Below, in pieces: positions 1 to 11,514 of a DNA stretch of 64,000 nt. Position 1 is the first letter of the stretch. The number at the start of each line of letters is the position of its first letter. Location of the stretch: positions 2,356,001-2,420,000 of the forward strand of contig NC_043000.1 of NCBI RefSeq assembly GCF_006345805.1, written 5' to 3'. This stretch comes from Octopus sinensis. Taxonomy: Eukaryota. The notes below the pieces were generated by a model. That model ran no database searches, was not told the DNA's origin, and worked only from the letters and a program-made list of their open reading frames with translations. Made by a program: the position numbers and the translations under genes.

Positions 1-230
1 TTTTGGAATTGACTGATTAACAGAGCTCACACAATTTTTACTGCAGAAACAGTTTACTTTAGACAAATTCCTGTTTAATGTCATTATATTGATGATTCTT
101 CAGAAAATGAAAAGGAATTAGATTTAAGAAACCTTTGGCAACATTTGATTACATTTAAACAGAAAACTGGATTATATTGATATAATATAATCTAGTTAGA
201 TTGCTATAATCTAGTTTTATTGATATAATA

Positions 231-1501
231 TAATCTGGTGTCAAAAAGATCCCAGACTGATTCTGTAGTGCACCAACAGATGGCTGCAAATGGTTGCGTG
301 CACATTGAGAGCTAGCTTGATCTTCATGAAGCAGTGTGCTGAGTGACATTGCTGTATTTACTTCACAAGTTGTGAAAACTTGTGCTTGTGTGATCATGTG
401 TATGCTGTAGTTTGTGATTTTTGTCATGGACAGGAAGAAAGAGTGTTAAACTTGGGAAGTCTGTTACAAAGACATTGAGCATGCTTCAGCAAGCTTACAG
501 CAATGAGGCAATGAGCTATACCCAATGTTTCAAGTGGCAGAAGAACATCCCTGGAAGACAATGAGTGATCTGGGAGACCTGCAATGAGTGTCACCTCTAG
601 AAATGTAGAAGATGGCAAGCTGGCAGAAACATTAGCATGCCAGACGAAATGCTTAGCGGTATTTCGTCTGCCGCTATGTTCTGGGTTCAAATTCTGCCAA
701 GGTCAACTTTACCTTTCATCCTTTCAGGGTCGATTAAATAAGTACCAGTTATGCACTGGGGTCGGTAAATTGACTTAATCCGTTTGTCTGTCCTTGTTTG
801 TCCCCTCTGTGTTTAGCCCCTTGTGGGTAGTAAAGAAATAGGTATTTTGTCTGCCGCTACGTTCTGAGTTCAAATTCTGCTGAGGTTGACTTTGCCTTTC
901 ATCCTTTCAGGGTCGATTAAATAAGTACCAGTTATGCACTGGGGTCGATAAATTGACTTAATCCATTTGTCTGTCCTTGTTTGTCCCCTCTGTGTGTAGC
1001 TCCTTGTGGGCAGTAAAGAAATAAGAAATGTGAAGAATATTCATCAGCTTGTGCATGTGGATCATTGGAGGACAACTAATGACATTGCTGATGTTGTTGG
1101 TCTGTCATATGGGTCTGTGCAGGCAATCCCAATGTCTGGATTCTTCACACTGACAATGCACCCGGTCACCAAGCTCTCTTGCTTGTGAGTTTCTAACCAA
1201 AAACAACATGGTATCACTTCTGCACCCACCCTATTCACCACATTTAGCATCTGTGGACTTCCATCTCTTCCTCATGATGAAAATGCAGCTCAAAGATCAC
1301 CATTTTAACACCATTGTCAAGATCAAGAGCTAATCACAGAAGGTCCTCAACTTGCTTATGGAAAATGACTTCCAGGCTGGATTCCAAAAGTGGCAGGAAC
1401 AACTAGGACCGTGCTGCAAAGAGATGATGTTAAAATTTAGGTACATAAGTTAATTTTTATTAAACATAACTAGTTTGGAAACTCTTTGATTGCACCATGT
1501 A
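231..1501 (+). mobile_element. Decayed, internally deleted mariner transposon, interrupted by a SINE-B dimer (614-1023)
   Basis: Reading across stops and shifts gives a mariner N-terminus (KLGKSVTKTLSMLQQAYSNEAMSYTQCFKW), a second HTH (NIHQLVHVDHWRTTNDIADVVGLSYGSVQAI) and catalytic-domain motifs (HTDNAPGH; HPPYSPHLASVDFHLF). Degraded TIRs lie at ~231-260 and ~1470-1499. Confidence 0.85.
614..1023 (+). mobile_element. tRNA-derived SINE-B, head plus two tandem 183-bp bodies
   Basis: B-box-like GGTTCAAATTC and central GGTCRACTTTRCCTTTCATCCTTTC motif, resembling Meta/Sauria-type SINE domains (recalled, not searched). The unit restarts at GGTATTT at 658 and 841. Flanked by imperfect AGAAATGT(A)GAAGA duplication. 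Confidence 0.85.
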
Positions 1502-2351
1502 TTTTGGTCTTGCAAACATTAAAATAGATTGTATTTTAACTGTAAAGTCACTATTGCATAGGATTTCATTATAATAACAAGAATGATTACTGAATACAGC
1601 CTCTCTTGAAGATAATGAGGATACACATTTACTGATATTAGGGATTAAGTTTCATTGACTATTGGTGGGTGATTGGATTTCTTATTAATATAAAATAATC
1701 TTTCATTAGAATGTTAGTAAGGACAAAATTTACTCATTTCAAAATTTCAGGTAATTTAAAATTCATAAGCCTATTGTGCCAAATAATTTTATGTCCACTG
1801 CCCCCCCCCCCCAGCACCACCACCTAAATCTTTCTCATTCATGACTGTTCATAATGTACAAAACTAAAAGCTCTATATAGATCTCCTCACAAGGTGGGAA
1901 ATGTTTTCTGTAGAAGATCCAATATATAGATCCTAGTAATTTCATTTTATCCCATTGTATGGTTCTATGGAAACATCAAAACAATTTATCTCTCACCTTT
2001 TTTTTAAGTGAGGATGAGTTATTGAAAAGAAAATGGGACTTTGTTGCATGCATAGTTATCTCAATATCAAAATTTACTGATCTGTATAATGCTCTTAGCA
2101 AAAGCTAAAGCTTTGAGATGAAGTACTTTAGTACTGGAAGAGTAAACTTCTATTATATCGGATTTAGTAAATTTATAGTAGTTTCTGTCATTAATACTGC
2201 TAAATCAATCTATTACAGACATATCACTGTTTCATAATTGGAGATAATTATGATTTTATTCTAAATATAATTGAATCTAAGATATGTTTGCTAACTATGG
2301 TTAACTTGGTTTTAATGGGGTTATAAGAAAATTTAACTTTCTGATCTTTAA

Positions 2352-2465
2352 CTCTTTCGTTACCAACCTGGCTGAAACCACCTCTGGCTCTGAGTACAAC
2401 TTGTTTTCATAAGTTTTGAATTAAAATCTTTCATCAAACCTTAGTCACAATTTAAGTTCCTAAGC
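2352..2465 (+). mobile_element. Partial piggyBac-like MITE-A (left half)
   Basis: TTAA then CTCTTTCGTTACC. Colinear with the first ~115 bp of the copies at 2881 and 3402. Confidence 0.75.
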
Positions 2466-2532
2466 ATATTAAAGCATGCTTTAATATATCATAGTTGCAT
2501 TGTCATTTTGATGTTAGCTATATCTTTTATCT

Positions 2533-2863
2533 GTCACTTGGTTCAGTCATTGGACTGAGGCCGTGCTGGGGCATTCCTTGAAGGGTTTTAGTTGAACATA
2601 TCAACCGCAGTACTTGTTTTATTTTTAAATATGGTTCTTATTCTATCAGTCTCTTTTGCCAAACTGCTAAGTTATAAGAATGTAAGCAAATCATCACTGG
2701 TTATCAAGCAGTAGAAGCACATGAATGCACAGACACACACAATTAATTCCCACATAGTTTCCAACTACCAGACTCGATCACAAGCCTGGGAGCTACAGTA
2801 GAAGACACTTGCTCTTGATGCCACACAGTTGTAAAGTGAGCTTCTTAACCACACAGCTATGCC
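2533..2863 (-). mobile_element. Old SINE-A copy
   Basis: Degenerate match to the SINE-A copies elsewhere in the window (head, CORE-like block and 3' half). Confidence 0.7.
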
Positions 2864-2880
2864 AACCCTTTAGTGTTTAA

Positions 2881-3100
2881 CCCTTTCGATACCAACCCGG
2901 CTGAAACTGGCTCTGGCTCTGAGTTCAAATGTCTTGTTTTCATAAGTTTTGAATTAAAATCTCCCACCAAACCTTAGTCACAATTTATGTTCCTAACACT
3001 AGCTTAATGATAACTAAGTTATTTTACTAAATTCTTTGTTATATTTAAAGTAATTGAATGAAACACAGAACATCTCAAAATAAATACAGTAACGAAAGGG
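2881..3100 (+). mobile_element. piggyBac-like MITE-A, complete (220 bp)
   Basis: TTAA|CCCTTTCGATAC ... GTAACGAAAGGG|TTAA. TTAA TSD and CCC termini are hallmarks of piggyBac. Confidence 0.85.
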
Positions 3101-3401
3101 TTAAAAGAATTTCTTCTTTCTTTCTTTCTTTCGTTTTTTTGCAAGAAATTACAACTTTTTACATCAAGAAGGGATGGCTATTCCAAAATTCTGCTTTTTA
3201 GCAAAATAGATTTTTATATCAAATTTTATTAAAACACACGTTTCAGAGAACTCCATAGTTTCTTCAGGAAACTCAGCAGTTTCTAAGAACCCACTTTGAG
3301 ACATGCTAGCTTCCATAACAAAGTCATGTTAAAATATGGTTGAATCCCTTTTTTGCCGGTTCTCTAAGATTAACAGTAAGAAGACTGGGTATCAGCGCTG
3401 A

Positions 3402-3622
3402 CCCTTTCAATACCAACCTGGCTGAAACCGCCTCTGGCTCTGTAGTACAAATGTCTTGTTTTCATAAGTTTTGAATTAAAATCTTCCACCAAACCTTAGT
3501 CACAATTTATGTTCCTAACACTAGCTGAATGATAACTAAGTCATTTTACTAAATTCTTTGTTATATTTAAAGTAATTGAAAGAAACGCACAGCATCTTAA
3601 AATAAATACAGTAACGAAAGGG
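3402..3622 (+). mobile_element. piggyBac-like MITE-A, second complete copy
   Basis: Highly similar to 2881-3100. Right end GGG|TTAA; left flank is CTGA rather than TTAA. Confidence 0.85.
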
Positions 3623-3626
3623 TTAA

Positions 3627-3827
3627 ACTAGCCATATCCAGTCAAAATATTCTACCTGCTTTATGCTGGAACCGACCAGATCTGACTCCTGACACCTGTC
3701 CTGCAATGTTAATCTAAAACTAAATTACACCGTCATAAGAATCTCAAAGCTATGGGATGCATGATTAATTCAAAACAATGTGAATAAATAAGCATTGCAT
3801 CAAACAGAATAATCTGAGCGCTAAGGG
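3627..3827 (+). mobile_element. piggyBac-like MITE-B, right part (its left TIR is at 2866-2876)
   Basis: Colinear with the intact MITE-B at 8793-9011 from its internal TTAA onward. Ends CTAAGGG|TTAA. Confidence 0.75.
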
Positions 3828-3885
3828 TTAAAATATCAGTTGTTGTGTGTACCCCCCACTTTCAGAATATGTACACTGCATCCTT

Positions 3886-4315
3886 CATCATCATTGTTCG
3901 ACCGTGGTCGAGACAATGGAATTTACCATGCTACGCCAGACTTCACGGTCCATCATGGCATTACGGAGGTCCTGTTGCTGGATGCCTGTATCCCTGGAGA
4001 TTACATCAGGGTAGGAGAGTGGGTGTTGGTGTGGTGGGAGCTGACTCTTCTCCATCAGGTGATACCCATCTGTTAAGATTGAGGGCATCATCGTCAATGG
4101 ATGCCCTTGGAGGTGCAACATGATCAGAGACAGGACCCGGCAAAGCAGGGGCTGGACCTACATCTGCAGGTATACCATTAGGTCTGGTTCCCTGGAGAAG
4201 AGGAACCCTGGTGCAGTTAATTGTAAATTCCATAGTCTTTTCAAATGGCTAATAATGTGTGCACGTGCCACTACTACACACATTGGAAAGCATTGTACAA
4301 CCAAGTACTAAAGAT
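3886..4315 (-). mobile_element. RTE-family-2 insertion: ORF C-terminus and (GAT)n tail joined to an unrelated 295-bp 5' segment
   Basis: 3886-4021 is nearly identical to 62744-62880 (SYPDVISRDTGIQQQDLRNAMMDREVWRSMVNSIVSTTVEQ*). The whole unit is flanked by 10-bp TSD CTGCATCCTT (3876-3885, 4316-4325). Confidence 0.75.
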
Positions 4316-4608
4316 CTGCATCCTTGCATGTTGCAAAACTTGGCGAAAAGTATTAAGGCTTGAACTTAACAATTATAAATTTGGTAGCTTACCTCTACAG
4401 CATTGTGTTTTTAATTAAATTTTATTTAAGTGTTGGAAGTTGTCTTTCCCTGTTTTCCTTAATCAGAATTACTTATTAAGATCACGATTATATTTTTTGT
4501 CATTATTGTGGGTATAGTTTTAATTAATAATTATTTTTGGCTTATTCATTAAATATGTTAGTATTCACTTTAGTGTTGGCAGCCTTTAGATGCGTGTGTG
4601 TGTGTTTA

Positions 4609-5040
4609 CAGAGACGTGCAACCAAACGCATACCCTCCATCAGACACCTACCATATTCTGAGCGCCTTGTTTCCCTGGGCATGGATTCACTGAAGCTCCG
4701 GCATTTGGCGACGGACTTGGTAAACACCCACAAAGTTATCAACCACCTCACCAACAACAACACTGAACACCTTTTTGATCTCCATGTGTCTAACACACGT
4801 GGACATGCCTACAAAGTCAGAAAACAATACAGCTCCCATGACTTTCGGAAACATTTTTTCACGCTCAGAGTTGCTGAAGCATGGAATAAACTGCCTGCAT
4901 CAGTTGTTGACTGCCATGACACTGCATCTTTTAAGGCCCTCATGCTTTCCGAAATCCGCCGAAACTACACCTGATTATATATACACTTTAGATGAGTTGT
5001 AGTGCACCTGAGCACTGTACACAATTATTATTATTATTAT
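4609..5040 (+). mobile_element. CR1-clade LINE 3' fragment with (ATT)n tail
   Basis: QRRATKRIPSIRHLPYSERL...TRGHAYK...FFTLRVAEAWNKLPASVV is a typical CR1 RT C-terminus. The 3'UTR is shorter than in the copy at 55969-56480. Confidence 0.85.
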
Positions 5041-5545
5041 ATATACACACTCACACACACACATACTAATACACATATGTATGTATATGTGTTTTAGAAG
5101 TAGTATCATGAAAATGGTAAGTGCCAAGTAGAATAAATATAGAAAAGTATTTAAATATACCTCTTGTACACACACACACACACACGTGTGTGTGTCATAT
5201 ATTACATGCATCATATATATATATATGTGTGTATATATGTATATATATATATATATGAAATGTATGTATATATGTATGTCTACAGATATTGCTACTATTT
5301 CTAGCAACATCGATCCTGTTATTATTGGTGGTTTGGTGAACAACCACCACCATCACCACCACCATCAATAGCAACAGCAAAAGCAACAATGATGGTGATG
5401 ATGATGATGATGATGATACCATTAGCGATATGTGTGCGTTGATGTTCACAACAACAGTAACGAACACTGATGCTGACTGTGTTAGCGAATGCACCATGAT
5501 GATGATGATGATGATAATGATAGTGAATGCAATGATGATGAATTA
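5030..5545. repeat. Compound microsatellites (CA, TA, CAC/CAT, GAT)
   Basis: Seen directly in the sequence. Confidence 0.9.
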
Positions 5546-5882
5546 ATTAGAGTCTCGGTGCCAAATATTACAATAGGAATGATTAGTTGCTGCACCTTTG
5601 CCAAAATCTGTTGGCCATTCATTCAACTTGACAGTGTAAAACATTGATATAGGAAAAAATACAAAGTGCAGCGCAATACATTGATTGATCCTTTTTATTG
5701 AATTACAAACAAACAAACATAATCACCTCTGGTTCCAAGGGCATAGTTCCAAAATAACAGTCAATTTGAGAAATTTACCTTTCAGTTGTTCTAAGTTGGC
5801 TGGTCGATTTAACATGTCGTTTTGCTTAACACCACCACCTGACCCTTTGGAAGACCTTTAGCTGAGTTCTGCTTTATACCAT

Positions 5883-6277
5883 AGGTACTGGTGTGGCTGT
5901 GTGGTAAGAAGCTTGCTTCCCTACTACATGGTTCCGGGTTCTGTCTCACTGCATGGCACCTCGGGCAAGTGTCTTCTACCATAGCTCCAGGCTGACCAAA
6001 GCATTGTGCGCGGATTTGGTTGATGGAAACTGAAAGAAGCACATTGTACGTGTGTGTGTGTAAGTGTGTGTTTTTGTGTTTGCTTCCCCACTCCACAGCC
6101 AGTGTTGGTTTGTTTATATCCCCATAACTTAGCCACTCAGCAAAAGTGATTGATGGAATAAGTACCAGTACTTTGAAAAAAATTAAAACTGGGGTTGATT
6201 TATTTGATTGAAACCCTTCAAGGCAGTGCCCCAGCATGGTCACAGTCCAACGAGAGAAACTAGAAATAGAAAAGAGT
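5883..6277 (+). mobile_element. SINE-A (tRNA head, CORE-like block, internal TG microsatellite)
   Basis: A-box-like TGGCTGTGTGG, B-box-like GGTTCTGTCTC, and a CACCTCGGGCAAGTG block resembling the CORE domain. Confidence 0.8.
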
Positions 6278-6303
6278 GCAAACATTCTAAGTTCCTTGCT
6301 TAA

Positions 6304-6415
6304 CCCTTTCGTTACTGTATTTATTTTGAGATGCTGTGCGTTTCTTTCAATTAATTTTAAATATAACAAAGAATTTAGTAAAATGACTTAGTTATCATTA
6401 AGGTAGTGTTATGAA
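6304..6415 (-). mobile_element. Partial piggyBac-like MITE-A (right half, reversed)
   Basis: TTAA|CCCTTTCGTTACTGTATTTATTTTGAGATGC is the reverse complement of the MITE-A right end. Confidence 0.8.
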
Positions 6416-6759
6416 CGTAAATTTTGATCAATCTTGTATAACAATTATATTAGTTTCCTACTATCACACTATGTTAAGACAAGTCAGCATACACACACAT
6501 GTATGTGTGCATACATGTGTGGATGTGTGTGTGCATGGCAGGCTTCTTTTAGTTTCTATCTACCAAATCCACTCACAAGGCTTAGGTCAGCCCAGTGATA
6601 CAGTACAATACACTTGTCCAGGGTCCCATGAACCCACAACTATGTGATTGGGAAATAAACTTTTTAACCATGCCTCTGCCTATAACAATATTTTTTTTCT
6701 CTCCATAACAATTTTGGTTTCCTTTAATGTTTTAATTAAGTTAGAGTGACAAGTATTCT

Positions 6760-7205
6760 TTTCTACTCTAGGCACAAGGTCTGAAATTTTAGGGGAGGGG
6801 GCCAGTTGATAAGATTGACCTCAGTATGCAACTGGTACTTAATTTATCAACCCCGAAAAGATGAAAGGCAAAGTTGATCTTGGTGGAATTTGAACTCAGA
6901 TCATAAAGACAGATGAAATACCGCTAAGCATTTCACCTGGCATGCTAACATTTCTTATTTCTTTATTGCCTACAAGGGGCTAAACATAGAGGGGACAAAC
7001 AAGGACAGACAAAGGGATTAAGTCGATTACATCGACTCTAGTGCATAACTGGTACTTAATTTATCAACCCCGAAGGGATGAAAGGCAAAGTCGACCTCGG
7101 TAGAATTTGAACTCAGAACGCAGCAACGGGCGAAATGCCGCTAAGCATTTCACCCAGCATGCTAACGTTTCTGCCAGCTCGCCACCCAGCATGCTAACGT
7201 TTCTG
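6760..7205 (-). mobile_element. SINE-B' (alternative tail) with a SINE-B inserted in its head
   Basis: Two B-type bodies. CATGCTAAC(A/G)TTTCT is duplicated at 6941-6955 and ~7190-7204. Confidence 0.7.
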
Positions 7206-7669
7206 TCAAATACAAGCATGGGTGCCATGATATTTGAAAACTCATAGAAAAATCATCACAAAATAAGTCTGGGAACTACTGAACCATAAAAACAGATACA
7301 AGAAAGTAATACTCGATCAAATGTGGTTTGTGTGTGCTACAAGTTTAATTAATTAGTGGACTAATGACTTTGTGTAATAAAATAAACTGATTTTATTGTT
7401 ATTTAGCCTCAAGTTAGCCTTGATTAAGTAGTGCTATGACTGGAGTTGTTCCAGCTATGACCTTCCTGTCTTCTGTTCAGATTCTATGTATTTATGACTA
7501 CATTATCCAATGTAATCTTCCTTTCTGTGATTTGAGGTAGATTTGGGTGCTATTTCAAGTAATTGGGTGACCCTGTAGAGGCTTCTCCTTTCACACAACA
7601 TTGGTCATGAATGTGGTGTTGTGTGTAAGTATGACTTGGTTTTGGTCATCTGAAAATTGTTTTTTTTTT

Positions 7670-8074
7670 CTTTTCTTTTCTTCTTTTACTTGTTTCAGTC
7701 ATTTGACTGTGGCCATGTTGGAGCACCGCCTTTAGTCAAATCAAATCGATCCCAGGACTTATTAATTTGAAGCCTAGTACTTATTTTATCGGTCTCTTTT
7801 GCCAAACCACTAAGTTACAGGGACGTAAACACACCAGCATCAGTTGTCAAGCGATGTTGGGGGATACACAAACACAGATACACAACATACACACACACGC
7901 ACACACACATACCTATATATGACGGGCTTCTTTCAGTTTCCATCTACCAAATCCACTCACAAGGCTTTGGTCTGCCTGAGGCTATAGTAAAAGATACTTG
8001 CCCAAGGTGCCATGCAATGGGACTGAACCCGGAACCATGTGGTTCGTAAGCAAGCTATTCACCACACAGCCACT
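7670..8074 (-). mobile_element. SINE-A, full length
   Basis: Reverse complement of the SINE-A consensus from head to the GTAAAAGA tail. Confidence 0.85.
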
Positions 8075-8792
8075 TGGTCAGTAGTGTGGAGTTGTGAAGT
8101 AGTGTGAGGCATAATGGGCATTTCAGTGGTGTTGTGTTAGTGTCACTTGCTTTAGCCAGTTGAGTGGTGTTTTGTGGTAATGAGATCTGGTGTTGGTCAA
8201 TTGAACAGTATTGTGAAATAATGAGATTTGGTAATTGTCAATAAGATGATGTGTAGTATTGGGGACCTGATAATGGGCATTTGGGGGACAAACACAAAGA
8301 CACACACATGCACACACACAAATACACACACACATGCACACAGACATACATTTGTGTGTGTGTAATGGGCGTCTTTCAGTTTTCATCTACCAGATCCACT
8401 TATAAAGATTTGGTCAGCCCAGGGCTATTGTAGAAGACACTCAAAGTGCTGTGCAGTGGGACTGAACCCAAGACCACATGGTTGGAAAGGAAGCTTCTTA
8501 AACACACATCAATGCCAAAATATTGATTTCTTTTAGTAAATGTCCAATAGATGTAGAGCAGAGAGAATATTGGTTATTGAATCTAGTTAGGTAGTTTATT
8601 GTTATTGGTTAAATTAAAAAGTTTTTGTTGATGTTGTTGTTTTGTCCCATGTGAGATTTTATCTGTAATGAAAGGGAGCATATTGATTTTTGAATCAACT
8701 TGAGTAGTTTATTGTTACTGGTCAAAAGAAAAGTTGTTGTTTTTATTTAACCCCTGGTCACATCTGATTGAGCAACAGATAGATCCTTTTAA

Positions 8793-9011
8793 CCCTTTTG
8801 TATTTAAACCGGCCATATCCGGCCAAAATATTTAATCTGTTTTATGTTCAAACTGACCAGATCCAGGCCCTCACACCTACCCTACAATGTTATTCTACAT
8901 TAAGTAATTGCACCATCAAGATCTTGAAGATATGAAATAATGCATGATTAATTCAAATCAATGGGAATCAATAAGCATTATGTTTGATAGAATAATCTGA
9001 ACACTAAAGGG
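8793..9011 (+). mobile_element. piggyBac-like MITE-B, complete
   Basis: TTAA|CCCTTTTGTAT ... ACACTAAAGGG|TTAA. Confidence 0.8.
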
Positions 9012-9401
9012 TTAAAGTGATCCAACTTTGACCATCTGTCGTTTTTCCTATGTGCAAAGAAGCCACAACTACATTATCTAACATGTTTTCTTTGGAGATA
9101 GTAGAGTGTGCTTTGAAGGCAATTTAGTTGCTATTTCTTGCAGGTCTGAGCAACCTTGTGAAGCATTGATTCTCAATCATTTGGACTTTGTGTTACTTTA
9201 GAGATTACTTAAATAAATAAAAAAAATCTTGTTGATATACTTCATGTGTAAATTTTTAAAAAAATTGTTTTAAACTTTTTAGTTGTGTGGTTAAGAAGGT
9301 TGGTTCCCTACAACATGTTTCCAGGTTCAGTCCCACTGTGTAGCACCTTCAGCAAGTGTCTTTTACTATAGCCCCTGGTTGACCGCTGCCTTGTGAGTGA
9401 A

Positions 9402-9480
9402 TCTCTCTTTATATAAACAGCAAAATGTCTGTGTGCGTGTCCTTTATACAAATCCACTATTTTTCAGTTAGAGGGCTCGC
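9402..9480 (+). mobile_element. Helitron-like 5' end inserted in a SINE-A
   Basis: A|TCTCTCTTTATATAAACAGCAAAATGTCTGTG resembles the 5' end of the Helitron at 44774-45159. It truncates a SINE-A head (9283-9401). Confidence 0.55.
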
Positions 9481-9639
9481 ACTCCATTTCCAGCGACTTC
9501 GAGGGCCACCTCCTAGTGGTGTCGGGTGTCAACGAAGAGCCCTCGACTACAACAAGACAACCAAAGATTTTTTTTTCCCAAGGTCTGGGGTCTCTCGCCC
9601 TTAAGCCCTAGACCGTCACCTAATCACCCTTACCCGTCT

Positions 9640-10470
9640 TGTTACTTTAACAACAACACCACCAAAATCACCACCACAACACCACTAATGCAGTACTGCT
9701 ATCATTCCCCTACAAACACAACAACATCTATCAGTGACACAATGCCATCTGTACAACATCACTATTGCCAGCACATGACAACACCACACCATCAACTCTG
9801 CATCACCACCAACAACAACAGCAGCAACAAAACAACACCACTTACACCAACATTCCACTACCAACAACACTGCAATAACACTCACACACTAACAACAATA
9901 ACAACAACTACTACTACAATACAACCACAAAAATCACAACAGTAACAACATGCCACCAATACCATCACCACCACTACCACCATGACCACCACTACTACCA
10001 CCATCACCACTGCCCTCATTACCCTGCTGCTTCCACCACTACTACCATCACCATCACCACCACTACCACCATCACCACCACTACTACCATCACCTATGCC
10101 ACCATCACCACTGCCACCATCACCACTGCTGCTGCTACCACCACTGCAGCAACACTACTAACGCAATGCCACTAGCACATCACTAGTACAACACCACTAC
10201 CACAACCACTACCAACACAACAATGCTATCTATAGAACACTACCAATGCAATCACCATCAATACCAACACACCATCATCATCATCATCTCACCAATCTCA
10301 CCATGCATGGAGACTATTGAGGAGATTCAGTGGAAGATGTCTGTCTTTCTTTCTACCATTTTTTCTGTCTGTCTCTCTCTCTCTCCATCTCTCCCTCTCT
10401 GCTTATCTGTCTATCTGTCTATTCCTCTTTTTCTCTCTTTCTACCATTCTCTCACCATGAACCATGACCA
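9640..10470. repeat. Long imperfect trinucleotide tract (CAA/CAC/TAC/CAT) followed by a CT-rich tract
   Basis: Seen directly in the sequence. Confidence 0.85.
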
Positions 10471-10779
10471 AACTTCAAGCTGTGCATTTCCAAGATAAAA
10501 AAAAAAAAAAAAAAGAAAAAGGTATCAAAAAGCCCTGTACAAAACAAGAATCCATTTCGGAAAACATTTCATGGAAACCATAAATGTATTCTCCGTTCTC
10601 TGGGGAACACTTGTTCCATTATCGGAATTGATCAAATAAGAAACCTATTAAATACACTTTAGTCTGTTTATATATAGTGTGGAAATAATTACTTAAAATA
10701 AGAACCGCATTCGAGAATTCCTGCAGTTTATTGGTCAGTTTTTGGGGGTCTTTTGTGTCAGGGGAGAAAAATTAAGCAT

Positions 10780-11165
10780 TTTTGGTTGGTTATAGTAGTT
10801 GCGTCTGTGTCTCTAACAAACTGTCGGCAGTGTTGTTTGTTGTTGTTGCTATTGTTGATATTGTTCAGATTGATAATGGTGATTGTACTCATCTTGATGT
10901 TTTCTGCTGGTGTTACTGTTCTTTTTGTTTTGTTGCTTTCGGTAATGGCAGCGCTATTCTTGCTCTTGTTGTTGTTGTCGTTGTTCCCAGTAGTTGTGGT
11001 GGTGGTGGTGGTGGTGGTGGTATTATCCTTGTTTATCTTGTTAGCGATGGTGAATTTGCTGGTAGCATTAGTGATGGTAGCTGTTAGTAATATTGTTTTT
11101 ATTTCTGTTGTTCTTGTTGTTGTTGGTGATGGTGGTGATGGTGATTCTTATTAGTAATGGTAGTA
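10780..11165. repeat. Imperfect (GTT/GGT/GAT)n tract
   Basis: Seen directly in the sequence. Confidence 0.85.
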
Positions 11166-11514
11166 TCACACACACACATGCACAGCTGTGTGCTTAAAAA
11201 GTTTGGTTCTCAACCACTTGGTTCTGGGTTCAGTCCTACTGTGTAGCACATAGGGCAAATGTTTTCTCCTGTAACCTTGAGCTGAACAATGCCTTATGAA
11301 TGAACCTGGTAGAAAGAAACTTACTACAGAGCCACACCTGTGGGTGCAGGTGTGGCTCTGTAGTAAGAAGCTTGCTTCCCAACCACATGATTCTAGGTTT
11401 AGTCCCACAGTGTGGCATCTTGGGCACATTTTCTCGACTATAGCCTTGAGCTGACCAAAGCTTGTGAGTGAATTAGTAGTTGGAAACTGAAAGAAGCCTG
11501 TCATATATATATAT

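Noticed and set aside
9526-11154. Thr/His/Val/Gly-rich ORFs
   Set aside because: They are translations of trinucleotide microsatellites, open in several frames and on both strands.
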